Shown: positions 11,976 through 24,213 of the stretch, one piece after another | Numbering within the stretch: the stretch's first letter is position 1 | How the letters are laid out: every line of letters starts with the position of its first letter | NCBI GenBank assembly: GCA_010093605.1 | Contig: MU004198.1 | Location: 312,726-376,725, forward strand | Length of the DNA: 64,000 nt | DNA from: Lophium mytilinum | Lineage: Eukaryota | Direction: 5' to 3' | Position numbers and translations under genes: made by a program | The notes under the pieces: generated by a model | Database searches by the model: none | Seen by the model: only the letters and a program-made list of their open reading frames with translations | What the model was told of the DNA's origin: nothing

Positions 11976-14360
11976 TCACCTCCTAACATACCTCGACCCA
12001 TCATTTTTTGCACTCTGAGCCCAATCGAGCTGGTTCCGATAGTCCCTATAAAGGCGATTGACCTCACCCTTCTTTTCCATCGCATCGACGATCTTGAGTG
12101 CAGCCTTGCGCCGCTTTCTAACGCTCATTTTATCGCGCTTGGTGAGCAGCTCCGGAGTGCAGTAGCCACTGCTTTCGAGATAGCTGACGACCCAAGCATT
12201 GAGATGGTAGCGCCAGTGATGCAGAATGTGTGCCATTTCGGCGTTTTGCTTGCAAGTGCTATGGGGATGAATTAGCACACGCTTCGCTTGCGTTCTTACG
12301 ACGGCATGAATAGCTTACCTTCCGAGGCTGAACCACTTCTCTCGGTCCGGCAGCTCATTCCCATCAGCATCATACTCCTTGCCATCATCCTCGTCCTCTT
12401 CGTCTTCATCTTCCTCATTAGAGTCATCGTCCGATTGGGCTACCTCTTCTAGCGACTCCTTATGATAAGGCTTTCCAGTAAGCTGGATGCTCCAAGTGGC
12501 TGGGTGGTTGCGACGATTACAAGCTTGGCAATCCGCATCCATTGCGTCGACAGACATTTGCAGGAGATTCATCTCCGGCCTAGCTTTGATAGACCTTGTG
12601 AACTCGGGCCTCCATACGGAGGACACGAACTTTGATCCAGCTAGTCCCTTGACTTCGTCATCAAGCTTTTGGAACGTGAGACGGTAGACGTCGTCCGTCA
12701 TTTCGAAGGCAGGGTTAATCTTTTTCTGCACCATCCACTCAATAGCGTATTTGAAGAGGTCCTTTGCTTTTGCACGGCTGAGGCTGCTGAATTCTAGCGG
12801 AAGTTGGGCATCCGGTGCTCCGAGAGTATCGTCACCGTTGTCATCCTCGTCGACAACAAACCCCTCATCTTCATCGTCCTCATGGAACATGTCTAGCACA
12901 TCCGATCGAAATGCTGGTCGGTTATCATCGAGGAGGTCGTCGAAGCCACCGTCATCCTCTTCGTCTTCCTCTTCTTCTGAGGAGGTATCGCCAATCGTAC
13001 GGACGGGTGGCTTGCTGCGATTGGGAGTAGCTGTAGTGTCGACCTTCTCGCCAGCCCGCTTTCGTTTCAATTCTTCGAGGGCAATGTGCCTGGCTTCTTT
13101 CTTTGGTGTGGCTCGTTTTTCCCGCGCCTTGTTGGTTAACTTTCGACCGGATCCCAGGAATTCCAGATCTTCGTCTAGATCGTCCTTTTCCTGTTTGCTG
13201 AAGCTCTGGTCGGGGGTCTTGGGTTTGTGTCTCCGTTGAGTTATGATGATGGAGTCGTCTTCGTCTTCATCATCCTCTTCTTCTGTGGGGGTCGGAGATT
13301 TTTCTTGCTGTGGCCGTCGCAGCTTTTTCCGCGGATTTGAAGTAACTTCGACGTCATTGTCGTCCTCGGAATCCTGAGCTCTTAACTTCCTACTTCGCTT
13401 GCGAGGGGAAACAACTGGCTCATCCTCCTCTTCGGTTTCCAAAACATCATCGGGCACCTCGAAAGAATTGGATCTCCTACGAGCTCGAGTATCTGCCGCT
13501 TTTCGTGACTTTTTGAGTGGAGACGAATCCGGCATCTCATCGCTCTCAGACTCCGTATCAGCAACGGATTGTGCCTCCTCTGGGCTCTTTCCTTTCACTC
13601 CACCTGAGTCTCCATCATTCGAGCCCTCGTCGCTAGATATGACCATCGGTTTCTGATGTTTATTGCTCCTTTGTGATCTCCTAGCACTTGGTGGATGCTC
13701 CATCACTTTGCCCGATAACAGCTTCTTATCACTCCTCCGAGATCTTCCAGCAGCGGGTGGAAGCTCACTTCCTTTCGGCGGGTGAACCTTCGAGACCTTC
13801 CTGGCAGAACGCATTACCTTCGTCGGAAGCTCGTCACCTTCCGAAGAGCTTGGACAGGTAGCCACATGCACCACATTCTTGTCCGGGCTTCCAAACATAT
13901 TGGGCGCCATTGGTCGCGAAGGGGAAGAGCCCATTGCCCCTCTCGCCCGCTTTAGTGAAACCTTCTCGTTATCGCCGTCCTCGAAATCCAATTGTCGGCG
14001 AAGTAGTTTCGATGTGTTGCCGTGGCCGTGAGTTCGTGATTGAGACGATTTGTCGGGTGTAGGTAGAGCTCTGAAGCTATCTGTGACGCCGTTAGATAAG
14101 AAAACAGAGTGACAAGATGAGGAATTAGCTCGCGCGGTGAAGTCGTGCGTACCAGTGATATCATCAACCATCCCGCCCTTCACCTCTACCCTCTGCCGTT
14201 TCAACGGGCTAGGGGAACCCTCGTATGAAACTACAGCGGCACGATCGCGTACATGCGGCGAAAGATGCGCCGCAGCTGGCGATGAGGAATCGACGGGCGT
14301 GAAGTTGAGGCGTGTCTGGCGCGCTCGTTTGCGCTTTGATGCGCCGGCTTTTGACTTCAT
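11976..14360 (-). CDS. DUF4211 (CCDC82-like) protein
   Basis: Long acidic/basic low-complexity region, then LDDEVKGLAGSKFVSSVW...CQACNR. An intron at ~12259..12318 leads to the exon CKQNAEMAHILHHWRYHLN. Likely start MKSKAG at 14360. Confidence 0.8.
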
Positions 14361-15086
14361 TGTGGCGACTGGCTGTTTCGAGCGAGTGTGGAGGGTGCGA
14401 TGCGGGGACTCCTGATAAGATGTAGATAGTATCCAAAACAATCTAACACTTGGTGGGAGTTGGGATGCAACGATGGTGATGGGACGAAGTAGGCTGCAGT
14501 GGGGCGACTGGAGTTTTCGCGACGGCTTTCGCGAAAGCACGTGAGGCTGCTTGGCACTATTTGAGGTGGGACAGAGACCTTTCAGGCTTGCCAGAGCTGG
14601 TAATTCATGATTAATAAAAACATGCCGGAGGACCTCAAGCGGCGCTAAACAGCCGAAATATGGGGTGTATAGTAGTACAAATCTCAAAGATATTAAATTC
14701 GAAATCAAACTACGAATTCGTGGACTGCCACTTTCTATCAACACTTATCAGCATGTTGCCTCATAGATACACCTATTTGTCATTGTTTGGAGTTCTTCAT
14801 CGGGTTTAAAACGTCAAAGCAAAGAGGGCTCATCACGTTACAAAATCTTGAATATGGCTCTTCCCTAGCTTGACCAGTGAAGGCGCAGTAGCTTCATATT
14901 TTACAGCTCTAGAAGAAAGCCCATCACGCCCTATGTAAAGCCATCTCTGATAATGCGGATAGATCCAAGTCGTTCAGCCCTTTAGATCATGAATATGAAG
15001 ACCCATTAGGTGGAAATTTCCCAGTCTCCCGCTTTTCCCAAGACCCTTCATTACCGCTACGCCTCTCAGCACTTTCTCAACTGACC

Positions 15087-16797
15087 TCAAGTGTTCGTGC
15101 TAATCCGGTGAACCACCGGCACCGAGCTCGGCGGCAACGATCCAAACTCCGTGATAACGATGCTGATATATTCCGCTGCAATCACCCATTAGCCAACTAG
15201 CCCTAAACGCCAATTCCGACTCCTCATAACATGAAAGTAGGCTTACCTGGCGTCACATCATACAATAGGTTCAACATCTGTAGATTCGGCTCATCCCGCC
15301 ACCACTTCATCACGTCCTCATGCTTGTCTGTGCTGCTAGATTTTTCTTTTGGAAGTAGATCGACGAGTGCGCTACGCTCGTTCTCGGAGAGCAATTCTTC
15401 TGGTGATGCGAGTTCGTTCTTCACGATACTATCTAGTGCGACCTGGTCGGTGAATTTGACGCTTTCGCACAGGACGGCGACGGGAATGTCGCGTTCGTGG
15501 GCGAGCATAGCAATGGCGGCAGTGCTGGGCGTAGTTAGTTATGGTTGGGCGGGGTGGAGGTGGGAGAATTACCCGATCCTGGAGTAGAGACGACTTGTGG
15601 AAAGTTAGTGGAGTAGTATAGCTGAGTGGGAGGACATACCCGTTGCTCATCATTGCGTGAGCGCCGAGAAATATCCTCGTAACGTTTTTCATAGCGTGAG
15701 CGGCGCTACTGATCAAACTGTAGCTGACTTGGAGACCGTGGTGTGCTAGGTTCCTGGCTGTGGATCGAGTAGGGTTAGTAACTAGATCTCCTACATATAG
15801 AAGAGTCAAGATTACCTAGGGCCTTGCCCTCGTATAATGGCTTCGAATCCACAACAATTACTCGAAACTGTTTGCCAGCGTCGTGAGCTTTCAACAGCGT
15901 GGTCTGCACAATAGTGCTCGAGGCGTATGTAAGAATTACATCTCCTTTTTCAGCAATCTTCCTCATGGCCTCCTCCGAAATTAACTCGTCTGCAGCCGTG
16001 ATGCGCTCCTTAATGAAACTGTCGATTGAGTCTATTAGATGTTCTTTCGCGTCTGCTTCGGAGACAGCTGGATCAATCTTCACGATCAAATCTTTCAGAT
16101 GGCGAATAGCGTTGCCCATGCTGATACTGATCGGGCGACATGCCTGTAGGTAGGTGATTTGAGGAGACAGATGGTGAGATGTGAGATGCCGGGCTAGCGC
16201 TTGGCCCTTGGGAGTTGTGTACGATTCTATGACTTTCTTGAAGGCTAGCAGCATCGAAACACACCTAGCAGTACTCCCACAAATAACATAGCTCGAGTAC
16301 TGCAGCCCAAGGGCCAAAATTGCGGGGTGCACTTCCTTAGCCGCGGCAGCTATCGAATGTTGTTTTGGTTGACCATACAAGTGGCCAAATAATCCGACTT
16401 GCTTTATCACCTCTTCCTTCTCTTTCGGTGGCGGAAGGGTGACAGATTGCCTTCGTCGCATTGGGATGGGCATTCCTGGCTGTCCAGCCTCCTTTGGTCC
16501 TTGCTTCGGTTCCTTTGGTGCTTGTTTGCCGTCCTTCTTTTGCTGTTTTGGTTCTTGCTGGACTGGTTTTGAGTCATGTGGTGCGCCTGATGTTCCGTCC
16601 GTCGCCGCCTTTTGTTGCGCTCTTTTTGCTGCTTTCTCTGCTTTTGCTCGCTTCTTCAATTCAGCTCCCGAGAGTGCGGGCTTTTCGGGTGCTCCCTTCT
16701 CAGCAGTCGGTGGAGCATCTTGTGGAGGTGCTGCATCCGATGGAGCAGATATTGGTGCTGCCGGAGTCTCTCCGGTATCTACAGGGTCGGCGCTCAT
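15087..16797 (-). CDS. GCD2: Translation initiation factor eIF2B delta subunit
   Basis: ELKKRAKAEKAAKRA, VHPAILALGLQ, GSTARC, CRPISISMGNAIR, VDSKPLYEG, LGAHAMMSNG-RLYSRIG-TA, CESVKFT, YDVTP, ITEFGSLPPSSVPVV. Four 3' introns. Confidence 0.95.
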
Positions 16798-17251
16798 CGT
16801 GGGGAGGTCGTAATGTGGGTTCGAAGACAATGAGTCAATTGCGACACGGCAAGGTGGGGGGTTTGTTTGCGCGGTCGTACTACCGGCCGGGCTGGAGTGT
16901 AGGTAGAGATTTCCGGTGAGTATACGGTAGGTTAGACGTTTCTGGCATTTGGCGTTGTGGTTGGTCAAAGGTTGGTGAGGATCCAAACGGTGGTGGGTTG
17001 AGTTGAGAGTGACCAGAGGAATTCGCCTGACTCAAGTTCAGAAAAGAAACGCCAAGATCTACCCCAGATTCTGCGGTTGCACGAGTCATGCTGCTAGCGC
17101 TGAGCCGCAGCTGCAGCCAACCTCATCCCACCAGGCACCACCCACGTCATACATCGCCAACAACTTTCTTCACTTCAATACATGCGTGATCAAACAACAT
17201 TGTTGACTGCCTTTCTATATACTGAAACTTTAGTGAGTCAATCACGCAGAC

Positions 17252-19300
17252 ATGGCTAAGAAAGTAACGCCCCTCACCGACCTTCCTCTGGATATTCTTG
17301 TCCTGGTCTTTCCTTACCTCGATGCCAAAAGCTTCTTGGCACTATGTGCAACTTGCAAGGCCTTCCATCAGCCCTCAATCAGTCTCGACAGTGCATACTG
17401 GAGTCGTGCCACCCGTTCTGCTTTCCGAGTCCCCAACCAGCCCGTCGTCCAATCAGATGGCGTCCGATGGCAGAAGATGTACCGCAGACTTCTCACACAA
17501 AGCCGCGTCTTTACATGGGGCAGTAACACTCACGGCTGTCTGGGACATACCTACCAAGAGGAAGCCCACCAGTCAGGTATGTTGCGACGGCGATGGGTCA
17601 ATAGTGCAACCAATGCGTCTTTCCCTATAGAGGTGGAGCATTCCAGAGAACTAGGGATTACTTCAGACATGCAGTGCGGGCAAGTAACTTTTGCACTTCC
17701 TTCTTTCAATACCTGGACGTTTCTCAGCAGGTGCGTGACTAACACTGACGCTAGTGGCTGGTCGACAACACTTCTTACCTCCAAGGGCTCCCTCTATACT
17801 TTTGGGGTTCTCGATGGATTGACTATGCCACGTGAAGTCAGCTCTAACAAGCACGAGCTCTTGAAATACCCACCTGGATTTCCTCAGTCCACGGACAGAT
17901 ATGATCCGGCAGTTGCTACTCTCCAGTTCTCGTCTGGGAGATCACACGTACTTGCACTAGCAGATAGTGGCAGAATCTGGTCGTGGTACGCCTTTAACAA
18001 GGCTGCCCTTCACGTCAAATTCCTTCATATCGACATCAACGAAGCGTCGCCATCTTCGAGCAGTCAAACTCCGACTGCAGACACCACTGGCCAGGTTGGA
18101 CGCGTCCGGCAGGTTGTGGCTGGGTGGGGCCATAGCTCTGCATACGTGTGTGGGACTGGCATCGTCTTGTGGAGCCCAGTCAAACGCCCTAGAGGAGATC
18201 AGGTATCGGACATGATGCTGGTCGTTGACTCGGCAGTCGTACCCAAAACCAGCTACCAGCGGCCGAAGCATGCATCTCGGCAATCGAAAGATGACAAGGC
18301 TCTCGGGGACGAAGTAGGCATGGTCAGCAACTATATCATCCTTGAGCACTTTGTCGTCTTTGTTACAGACCTTGGAAAGGTGTTTGCCGCAAAGATCGGT
18401 GACGAATCGACCACCACCGATATCGTAGAACTCCGTCGCCTTCGGAACGATACTGGTACGCATTGGGATGTTCAAGGGTCTTTCCGACGCTTTGCCTCTT
18501 TCAAAAATGACGAAGTCATCATCACCGACCAAGGCTACCTCGATAGATGCTGGGAAGCACGTTTTGACAACCCCGCCCAGACCAATATCCACGGCCTACA
18601 GCGAATTCCCGCTCTCCAAGATACCGGCGTGATATCCGTTGCATTTGGCGACCACCACTACCACGCCCTCCACCGGAACGGTCGGATTACCTCCTACGGT
18701 AAAGATCCTCAAGGATGTGGCGCGCTCGGCCTCGGAAGCGAAAACAACCTTCAGGCCATGATTCGCGGCATCAACATTGTCGCTAATCGAGGTGAAGGCG
18801 AACTGCTTCGTGAAACCTACACCACCGGCCGGCAGGTGTGGTTTGAGGAAGAAAAGCGAAAATTCATGCGCTTCATGGGCGACGGTGGCCAGGATCCCAG
18901 CGAGGCAAGGGAGCGGATGGAACTCGCCGATGTTGATCCCACAATCAAAGGCGAAGTCAGCGAGTGGTTCGAGCAGGAGACGAGGGACTGGGATAAGCGT
19001 CCTGAGCTCAAGGATGCGGACGAGGATCGCTTGGGTGCGTATTTTGCGCTGAGTGTGAGTGCGGCGGGGTGGCATAGTGGTGCGCTGGTGCTGGTCAATG
19101 ATGTGCTTGCGGAGATGGTGCGTGAGTCTTGCAAGGGTGGGCCGCCAGAGAGATCGCCGCATGAAGGAAAGTTATACGAGTGGGAGTGGAAGGATTGGCC
19201 TAGACTGAGGCTGGCGGATGGGAGGGAGATGCCTGGAGAAGTGGAGTTCTCAGAGTGGAAGTATGGTAGGCCAGACTTCGAGCGAAACTTTGAGGCTTGA
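17252..19300 (+). CDS. SAF1: F-box + RCC1-repeat protein (SCF-associated factor 1 / Pof9-like)
   Basis: N-terminal F-box LTDLPLDILVLVFPYLD; RCC1 motifs VFTWGSNTHGCLG, SSGRSHVLAL, VAFGDHHYHAL, SAAGWHSGAL. Probable 75-nt GC-AG intron 17680..17754. Confidence 0.88.
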   Translation: MAKKVTPLTDLPLDILVLVFPYLDAKSFLALCATCKAFHQPSISLDSAYWSRATRSAFRVPNQPVVQSDGVRWQKMYRRLLTQSRVFTWGSNTHGCLGHTYQEEAHQSGMLRRRWVNSATNASFPIEVEHSRELGITSDMQCGQVTFALPSFNTWTFLSRCVTNTDASGWSTTLLTSKGSLYTFGVLDGLTMPREVSSNKHELLKYPPGFPQSTDRYDPAVATLQFSSGRSHVLALADSGRIWSWYAFNKAALHVKFLHIDINEASPSSSSQTPTADTTGQVGRVRQVVAGWGHSSAYVCGTGIVLWSPVKRPRGDQVSDMMLVVDSAVVPKTSYQRPKHASRQSKDDKALGDEVGMVSNYIILEHFVVFVTDLGKVFAAKIGDESTTTDIVELRRLRNDTGTHWDVQGSFRRFASFKNDEVIITDQGYLDRCWEARFDNPAQTNIHGLQRIPALQDTGVISVAFGDHHYHALHRNGRITSYGKDPQGCGALGLGSENNLQAMIRGINIVANRGEGELLRETYTTGRQVWFEEEKRKFMRFMGDGGQDPSEARERMELADVDPTIKGEVSEWFEQETRDWDKRPELKDADEDRLGAYFALSVSAAGWHSGALVLVNDVLAEMVRESCKGGPPERSPHEGKLYEWEWKDWPRLRLADGREMPGEVEFSEWKYGRPDFERNFEA

Positions 19301-19948
19301 GACTCTATATTGGTAAGAGGCTTGTTACCAACACAACACACCGCCATAACATAAATACCCTTATACTTCCGTTTCTCATAACTTGGTAGAGCTCCGAAGT
19401 AGATGACAGCTCAGTATTTGTGACGGTTTGCCACTGCTTGGGGTACCCCCAAGGGATTTTAAAAATCCAGAGGCGATGTTCAGTTTCAAGCACTGTAGAT
19501 CAGGCTGCTCCTTAGCTAATCATCTCCCGAGCAGCCAGGCCACCCACTATGGTAGTATTAGCGTAAGAAGACTAAAACTTATTTAGTCAAATATGGGACA
19601 TCAAATGTAATAGTTAACGCAATGAGAATCAGACTACCTTTTGACACGGTGGTCACTGACTAGTGAGGCCGCCCCTGACAGTGCCATCCAGCTTGCAAAA
19701 GCGACACTCAAGCAGCGATATCCTTAGGCCCAAGCTTATGACCTGATACTGTAGCAACAGCTTTACCAAACGCACATCCCGGCGAGTGTTGTTCTGTCCG
19801 CGCTGCACTGCATACAGAGCGGGCAAATGACCAGATGACCCTCCCGCGTTACTGCAGTCTCAAGAGGGGGACAATCCGGTTCATGCTATTATGGGTGGGT
19901 CAAGATTCTCAATCGAGCACAGCTTTACTTTGCAGGCCGAGGACTCCT

Positions 19949-19989
19949 GGGAAGTGTGGGATAGGAAGTGGGGGATAGGAAGTGGGAGA
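19949..19989 (+). repeat. Short tandem repeat GGAAGTG(G/T)GGGATA, ~3 copies
   Basis: ggaagtgtgggata ggaagtgggggata ggaagtgggagaa. Confidence 0.6.
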
Positions 19990-20293
19990 ATGATGAATAT
20001 GTCAAGCCTTATTGTGGGGAGATTGCCAGGGCGACCAGCGCTGGCCTAATATGAATGGGGATATCTTTCTTCCATGTTAAGCATCTGCATATGGGGTATA
20101 TACTTTCTATCTTTCCTTATTGTTGTTCTATGTACTTTTATATGAATCTCTTCGGGCCTATACATGTATATATTATTATCCGGTACGCTAGAGGGGTTAA
20201 GGCCTTTTCTTCCAACCTATTTATCTTTTCTACGTATTGGACATTCTATTTCGACTACACTTATGTAACAGATTCGGAACTAAAGTCTAAAAG

Positions 20294-20823
20294 ATGTCAT
20301 GAATAAGTTTCATCTGCCAAGCGGTCCTTCCTTGGAAGCGACGTGATCCGTCTCAAGGCTCACGTATGTCAGAGGCCACGCAACAAACCAACGTGACTCA
20401 CCAGATGAAATACTTCAAGCACGTTCGCCTTCTTCCCCAAGAGCCTTTCGTCGAAAACGTCACCTCCGCCATCCAAATAACATTCGGAAGCCATTCACTA
20501 TGGACTACTAGAAACGCGAAGCACTACGAGAGCGCCCGTAGCGAGACGTTATCACCGAAGACGACCTTTCCGATGTCTTACACGCTTACTTCCACGCTGA
20601 GTACGCCACCATCGATATCTTAAACCCCGAAGCGGCTATCACCCCTTCCAGCAAGTGGTGGTCCGGCGTCTATCTCTACCCTGGTGGGAAGCCTTGCGTC
20701 GCCTCCTACAAGGGGTACGGGACTCTCGGCGCTATTTGTCACCGTCTCGGCCTAGATATCGAGATCGTCTGTAGCTTAATTCAACTCAAGGCCTCAAATA
20801 TACTGGAAGTGAGACCCTTTTAA
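20294..20823 (+). pseudogene. Small gene interrupted by three in-frame stops
   Basis: ATG 20294 and intron 20364..20404 (gtatgt...ctcaccag) give one frame to TAA 20823, with TGA at codon 3 and TAG at 20509 and 20539. The last 93 codons are open and protein-like. Confidence 0.5.
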
Positions 20824-21118
20824 ATCTAGAGACTGTTATACAGGTAACATAGCAGGCATTCTTTCAAGGTGTGTGAATATTGATGTCGCTCCCCAGATCA
20901 AAAGTATATGTAAACGCCCTTGGGCCATATGCGTGCACGCTCATATCCTCGAGCCCGATCCGTGACGATGGAATATAAATATGTACATAGAAAATGAAGT
21001 ACAAAAATGAGACTCATTAAAATGATTGCCACAAGGTACAAGGGAGAGTCAGTAACACTGGAACCTGAGAAAAGAAAGCCATATGTAGATAACACCGTGC
21101 GCGTACGAGGAATGTCGC

Positions 21119-22990
21119 TCAAGGAAACCAAATATCGAAAACATACGCCGAGAGCATGCCGTCGTCGAAGTCATCGTCTAGAATATCTTGGACTAGTAGG
21201 TCGTGTTCATCTTGAACCTCCTTGATCTTGGCTTCTATGGATTCAACTTCTGCCATGACGGAAGCAGCGTCGGCTTGGATTTTCGCCGTCAGCTCGGCGG
21301 TTACTTGAGAAACCTTTTCCTGCACCGTCTTCAAGTTGGATGTAGCTTCCTCGATCTCATCGTCCAGTTCCAACCGCTCCTCTTGTGTCCGGTGTATAAT
21401 GGCATCCATGCGATTCATCTCGGCTTGGTGATTCGCCCACATGGCCGACGACTCGGAGATTATTTGTCTGAGATTATCCCATCGTTCCAATGCAATGTTG
21501 CGTATGGTTAAACTGCTACGCCCAGCTGGATAATGGCTGAATCCACTACTGTGTTAGGTGTACGCGTGGTATAAGCGCAAGAAGACAATCTCTATAATAT
21601 TAGCCTAGTGTTAATCCTAGATATAATAGATTACTCTCTAGTCTAATTTAAACTTTCTAGGGTAGCGCATAGTGCTAATAGCCTGTATTAGATTTATAAT
21701 ATAATTAGAGTTTAAATGCTGCTAGTATTATTTAAGCCGGGCTACTATACTAGCAGTATATCTAACCTTAGCTAGTAGTAGAGCTAATAGTCTATTCTAA
21801 TCCTTAGCTAGAATACAGCCTAATTAGTTAAGGAGATATAAGTAGAATAGCCTAGTTTATCTTCTTCTATTCTCTACTGTCTCTTTCTTTAATAAACTAA
21901 AAAGATACTTACGTTCTTTAGTAGTTAATCTTCGCCTCTACTATATATTTATTATTTTTTATTTCTATAAGTCTACGCGGAATACTATATTAGGATTATT
22001 ATTGCTAATATATATTAAGAGATCTTTAATAACGCAATAGAGCTAGATTAGAGTAGGTAATTAGCCGTCTTTATTAACTATAAGCTAGAGATAGATAATA
22101 GAGAAGTATTATTTATTAGATATTACTAGGTCTAGGGCAGCCTTTACTATTCTATCTTTATAGTACTTAAGGGCGACATTCTTTAAAATAAGACATTTAA
22201 GAAGAAATTAATCTATAGATACTAGAACCTTATAAGTAATGCAGATAAAGGTATTATAGGTATTATTATCTAAATAGCTGCCTACTACAAGCTTATCTAA
22301 TAGTATAACTTAAATAAGTTTATAGTATCTAGTATCTAAAGCCCTCTAAAAATTTTTAGTAATTATAATAAGCGGATAATAATTATTTATATAGCTAGTA
22401 GGATTATTCTAGCTAAATATCCTACCCGTAAGGTTATTCTATCCAATCTTTCTAAGTTCCGAGTTTAGTTGCCGCCGTAGTCTAATAGTCTACTTATCTA
22501 ATATATTTATTATAGAAACCTCTCTTATTAGTTAACTCTTTATAGGTTATTTCCCTACTAAGTTGCCTATATTTCTAACTTTGGGATTAACCCTAATGCT
22601 AGCATAAGACATTTCTTAAAATCTAGTTATAGTACTATAAGTTAGTTAATAGTTAGCCGTCTAGTTAGTCCTTATAATATTAGGGAGTTATTCTTTATTA
22701 TTTCTAAATTGCAATATCCTTTAGAGGTTATCTACTTAAATTCCTTTAATCTATACCGTAATCTTAAAGCAGGCATTACTATAAAAAAAGCAATCTAGAC
22801 TAGAATAGTTTAATTTTATCTTATCTTTAGAATCTATATTAGAATCTAAATATTAATTAAACTTTTTAGCGGGCCTAACTATTATAAGTAAGTCCGGCGG
22901 CGGGCTGCTTAATTGATTTGGGTTAATTAGATAATAGTTCTGCGGGCGGCCATTAGTGGGGATAAATAAACGGCCGCCTCGAGGTGCCAT
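21119..22990 (-). pseudogene. RIP-mutated gene or element relic with an intact 3' coiled-coil exon
   Basis: ATG at 22990 (MAPRGGRLFIPTNGRP) runs into a very AT-rich, TpA-rich, CpA/TpG-poor tract with many TAA/TAG stops. A branch point/acceptor (cctaacacag, ~21549) precedes the unmutated coiled-coil ORF ending at 21119. Confidence 0.6.
21590..22940. other. AT-rich tract with a repeat-induced point mutation (RIP) signature
   Basis: Abrupt drop in GC; abundant TA dinucleotides (tatag, ctag, taat) and scarce CA/TG. Confidence 0.85.
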
Positions 22991-24213
22991 AATCTTAGCG
23001 AGGTCTGCAGCTAATTAAGAACTAGAATTTGAAGCTGCAGTGGGAGCCACATAAATGAGTACAGCTATGTGCGCTTAGGAGGTGTATAGAGTGGCGTGAG
23101 TCACCGAAGTGACCACAAGAAGATGGAAAACAGGCGTAATGAGACAGGCTGAGATGCACGGCGGTATATCAACGAGAGCAGAATCCAATGGCCTGAACAT
23201 CAAAGAATACGGCAGCTGTCATGTATAGCTCGAAGTCCGGCAATAAGACAGAACGCATTGAGGTACTGATGATGTAAAACGCTACAATGATGACGGTGGG
23301 GTGTAGAGATAGGACGGATGTCCTGTGCAGCGAATTGACTGAGGTAACTGTAAAGACACCGCTTTGTGGACACATTCTACTCTTTATTTGATACTTGATC
23401 ATCCTTGAAGTATGAATAAGATCATAAGGCCTGAAAGTTAAGCTTGAAGTCGACTTTCATTGTATGGACATGGTCAAACTCCCTGCGCTTATGGAAGCAC
23501 CCTTTACCATTCGCATACCTCAGTGCCGCCCCCTCGCTTTTGCATGTTGGACTATGACAAATTACCACAGCATGCAATCGCGGCAGCGAACTCGGGGTGC
23601 ATTCAACAATCCAGGGTCCTTATCCACAAACCAACAACAACCTGTCCAAAAGTAGCATGGTTGCGCCGATGCCACCCAGTCACCGACTCTCGTTGCCTTT
23701 TCCCAATTCCGTCCCCCATGGCGGACAATCTCCACTTACCGTGTTCAAGACTGGTGGGAGGGCGGTAGAAGATTGGTTGGACAGGAAAAGGTTGACACAC
23801 CAGTCTGCCAAGATTGCCCAATACTCTAGGTGCCTGGTCACTTCACTGATGTCTCTGTTCACCACAATGTTTCAGAACATGGATGTCTTCTTACGAAAGC
23901 ACCAAAATTGCTTTGAAATAGAGTTTACGCCGAGTGGTATTTGAAATAGAAGGCAAGCTAGTCGAATCGTTCCTCGAAGAGAACAACCTATCTCGGCGTG
24001 CCCCTACTCTCAGGCTCCGTCTGGATGGTTGGAAATAGCCGTACATCATGGCCCAAAAACATTACTCCGGGAGGAAACATGCATCAGAGTAGAAGCTTTT
24101 CCATGACTTAAATACAGTGATATTTAGTACCTGTGTCTGCTATATTTAAGATAACTAGCTATGCGTATAGTCCCACGGATGAAGATCTGCATCCGAACTG
24201 CATTCATGATCGA

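Noticed and set aside
14361..14744. N-terminal extension of the DUF4211 ORF
   Set aside because: It begins at a non-ATG codon and reads like promoter/UTR; the ATG at 14360 is the plausible start.
17957..19347. Long antisense ORFs within SAF1 (likewise within ureD, AIM6 and TFC3)
   Set aside because: Shadow ORFs caused by codon bias of the sense gene.
23169..23944. Short ORFs between the RIP tract and the MFS gene
   Set aside because: No domain signal or coherent gene model.
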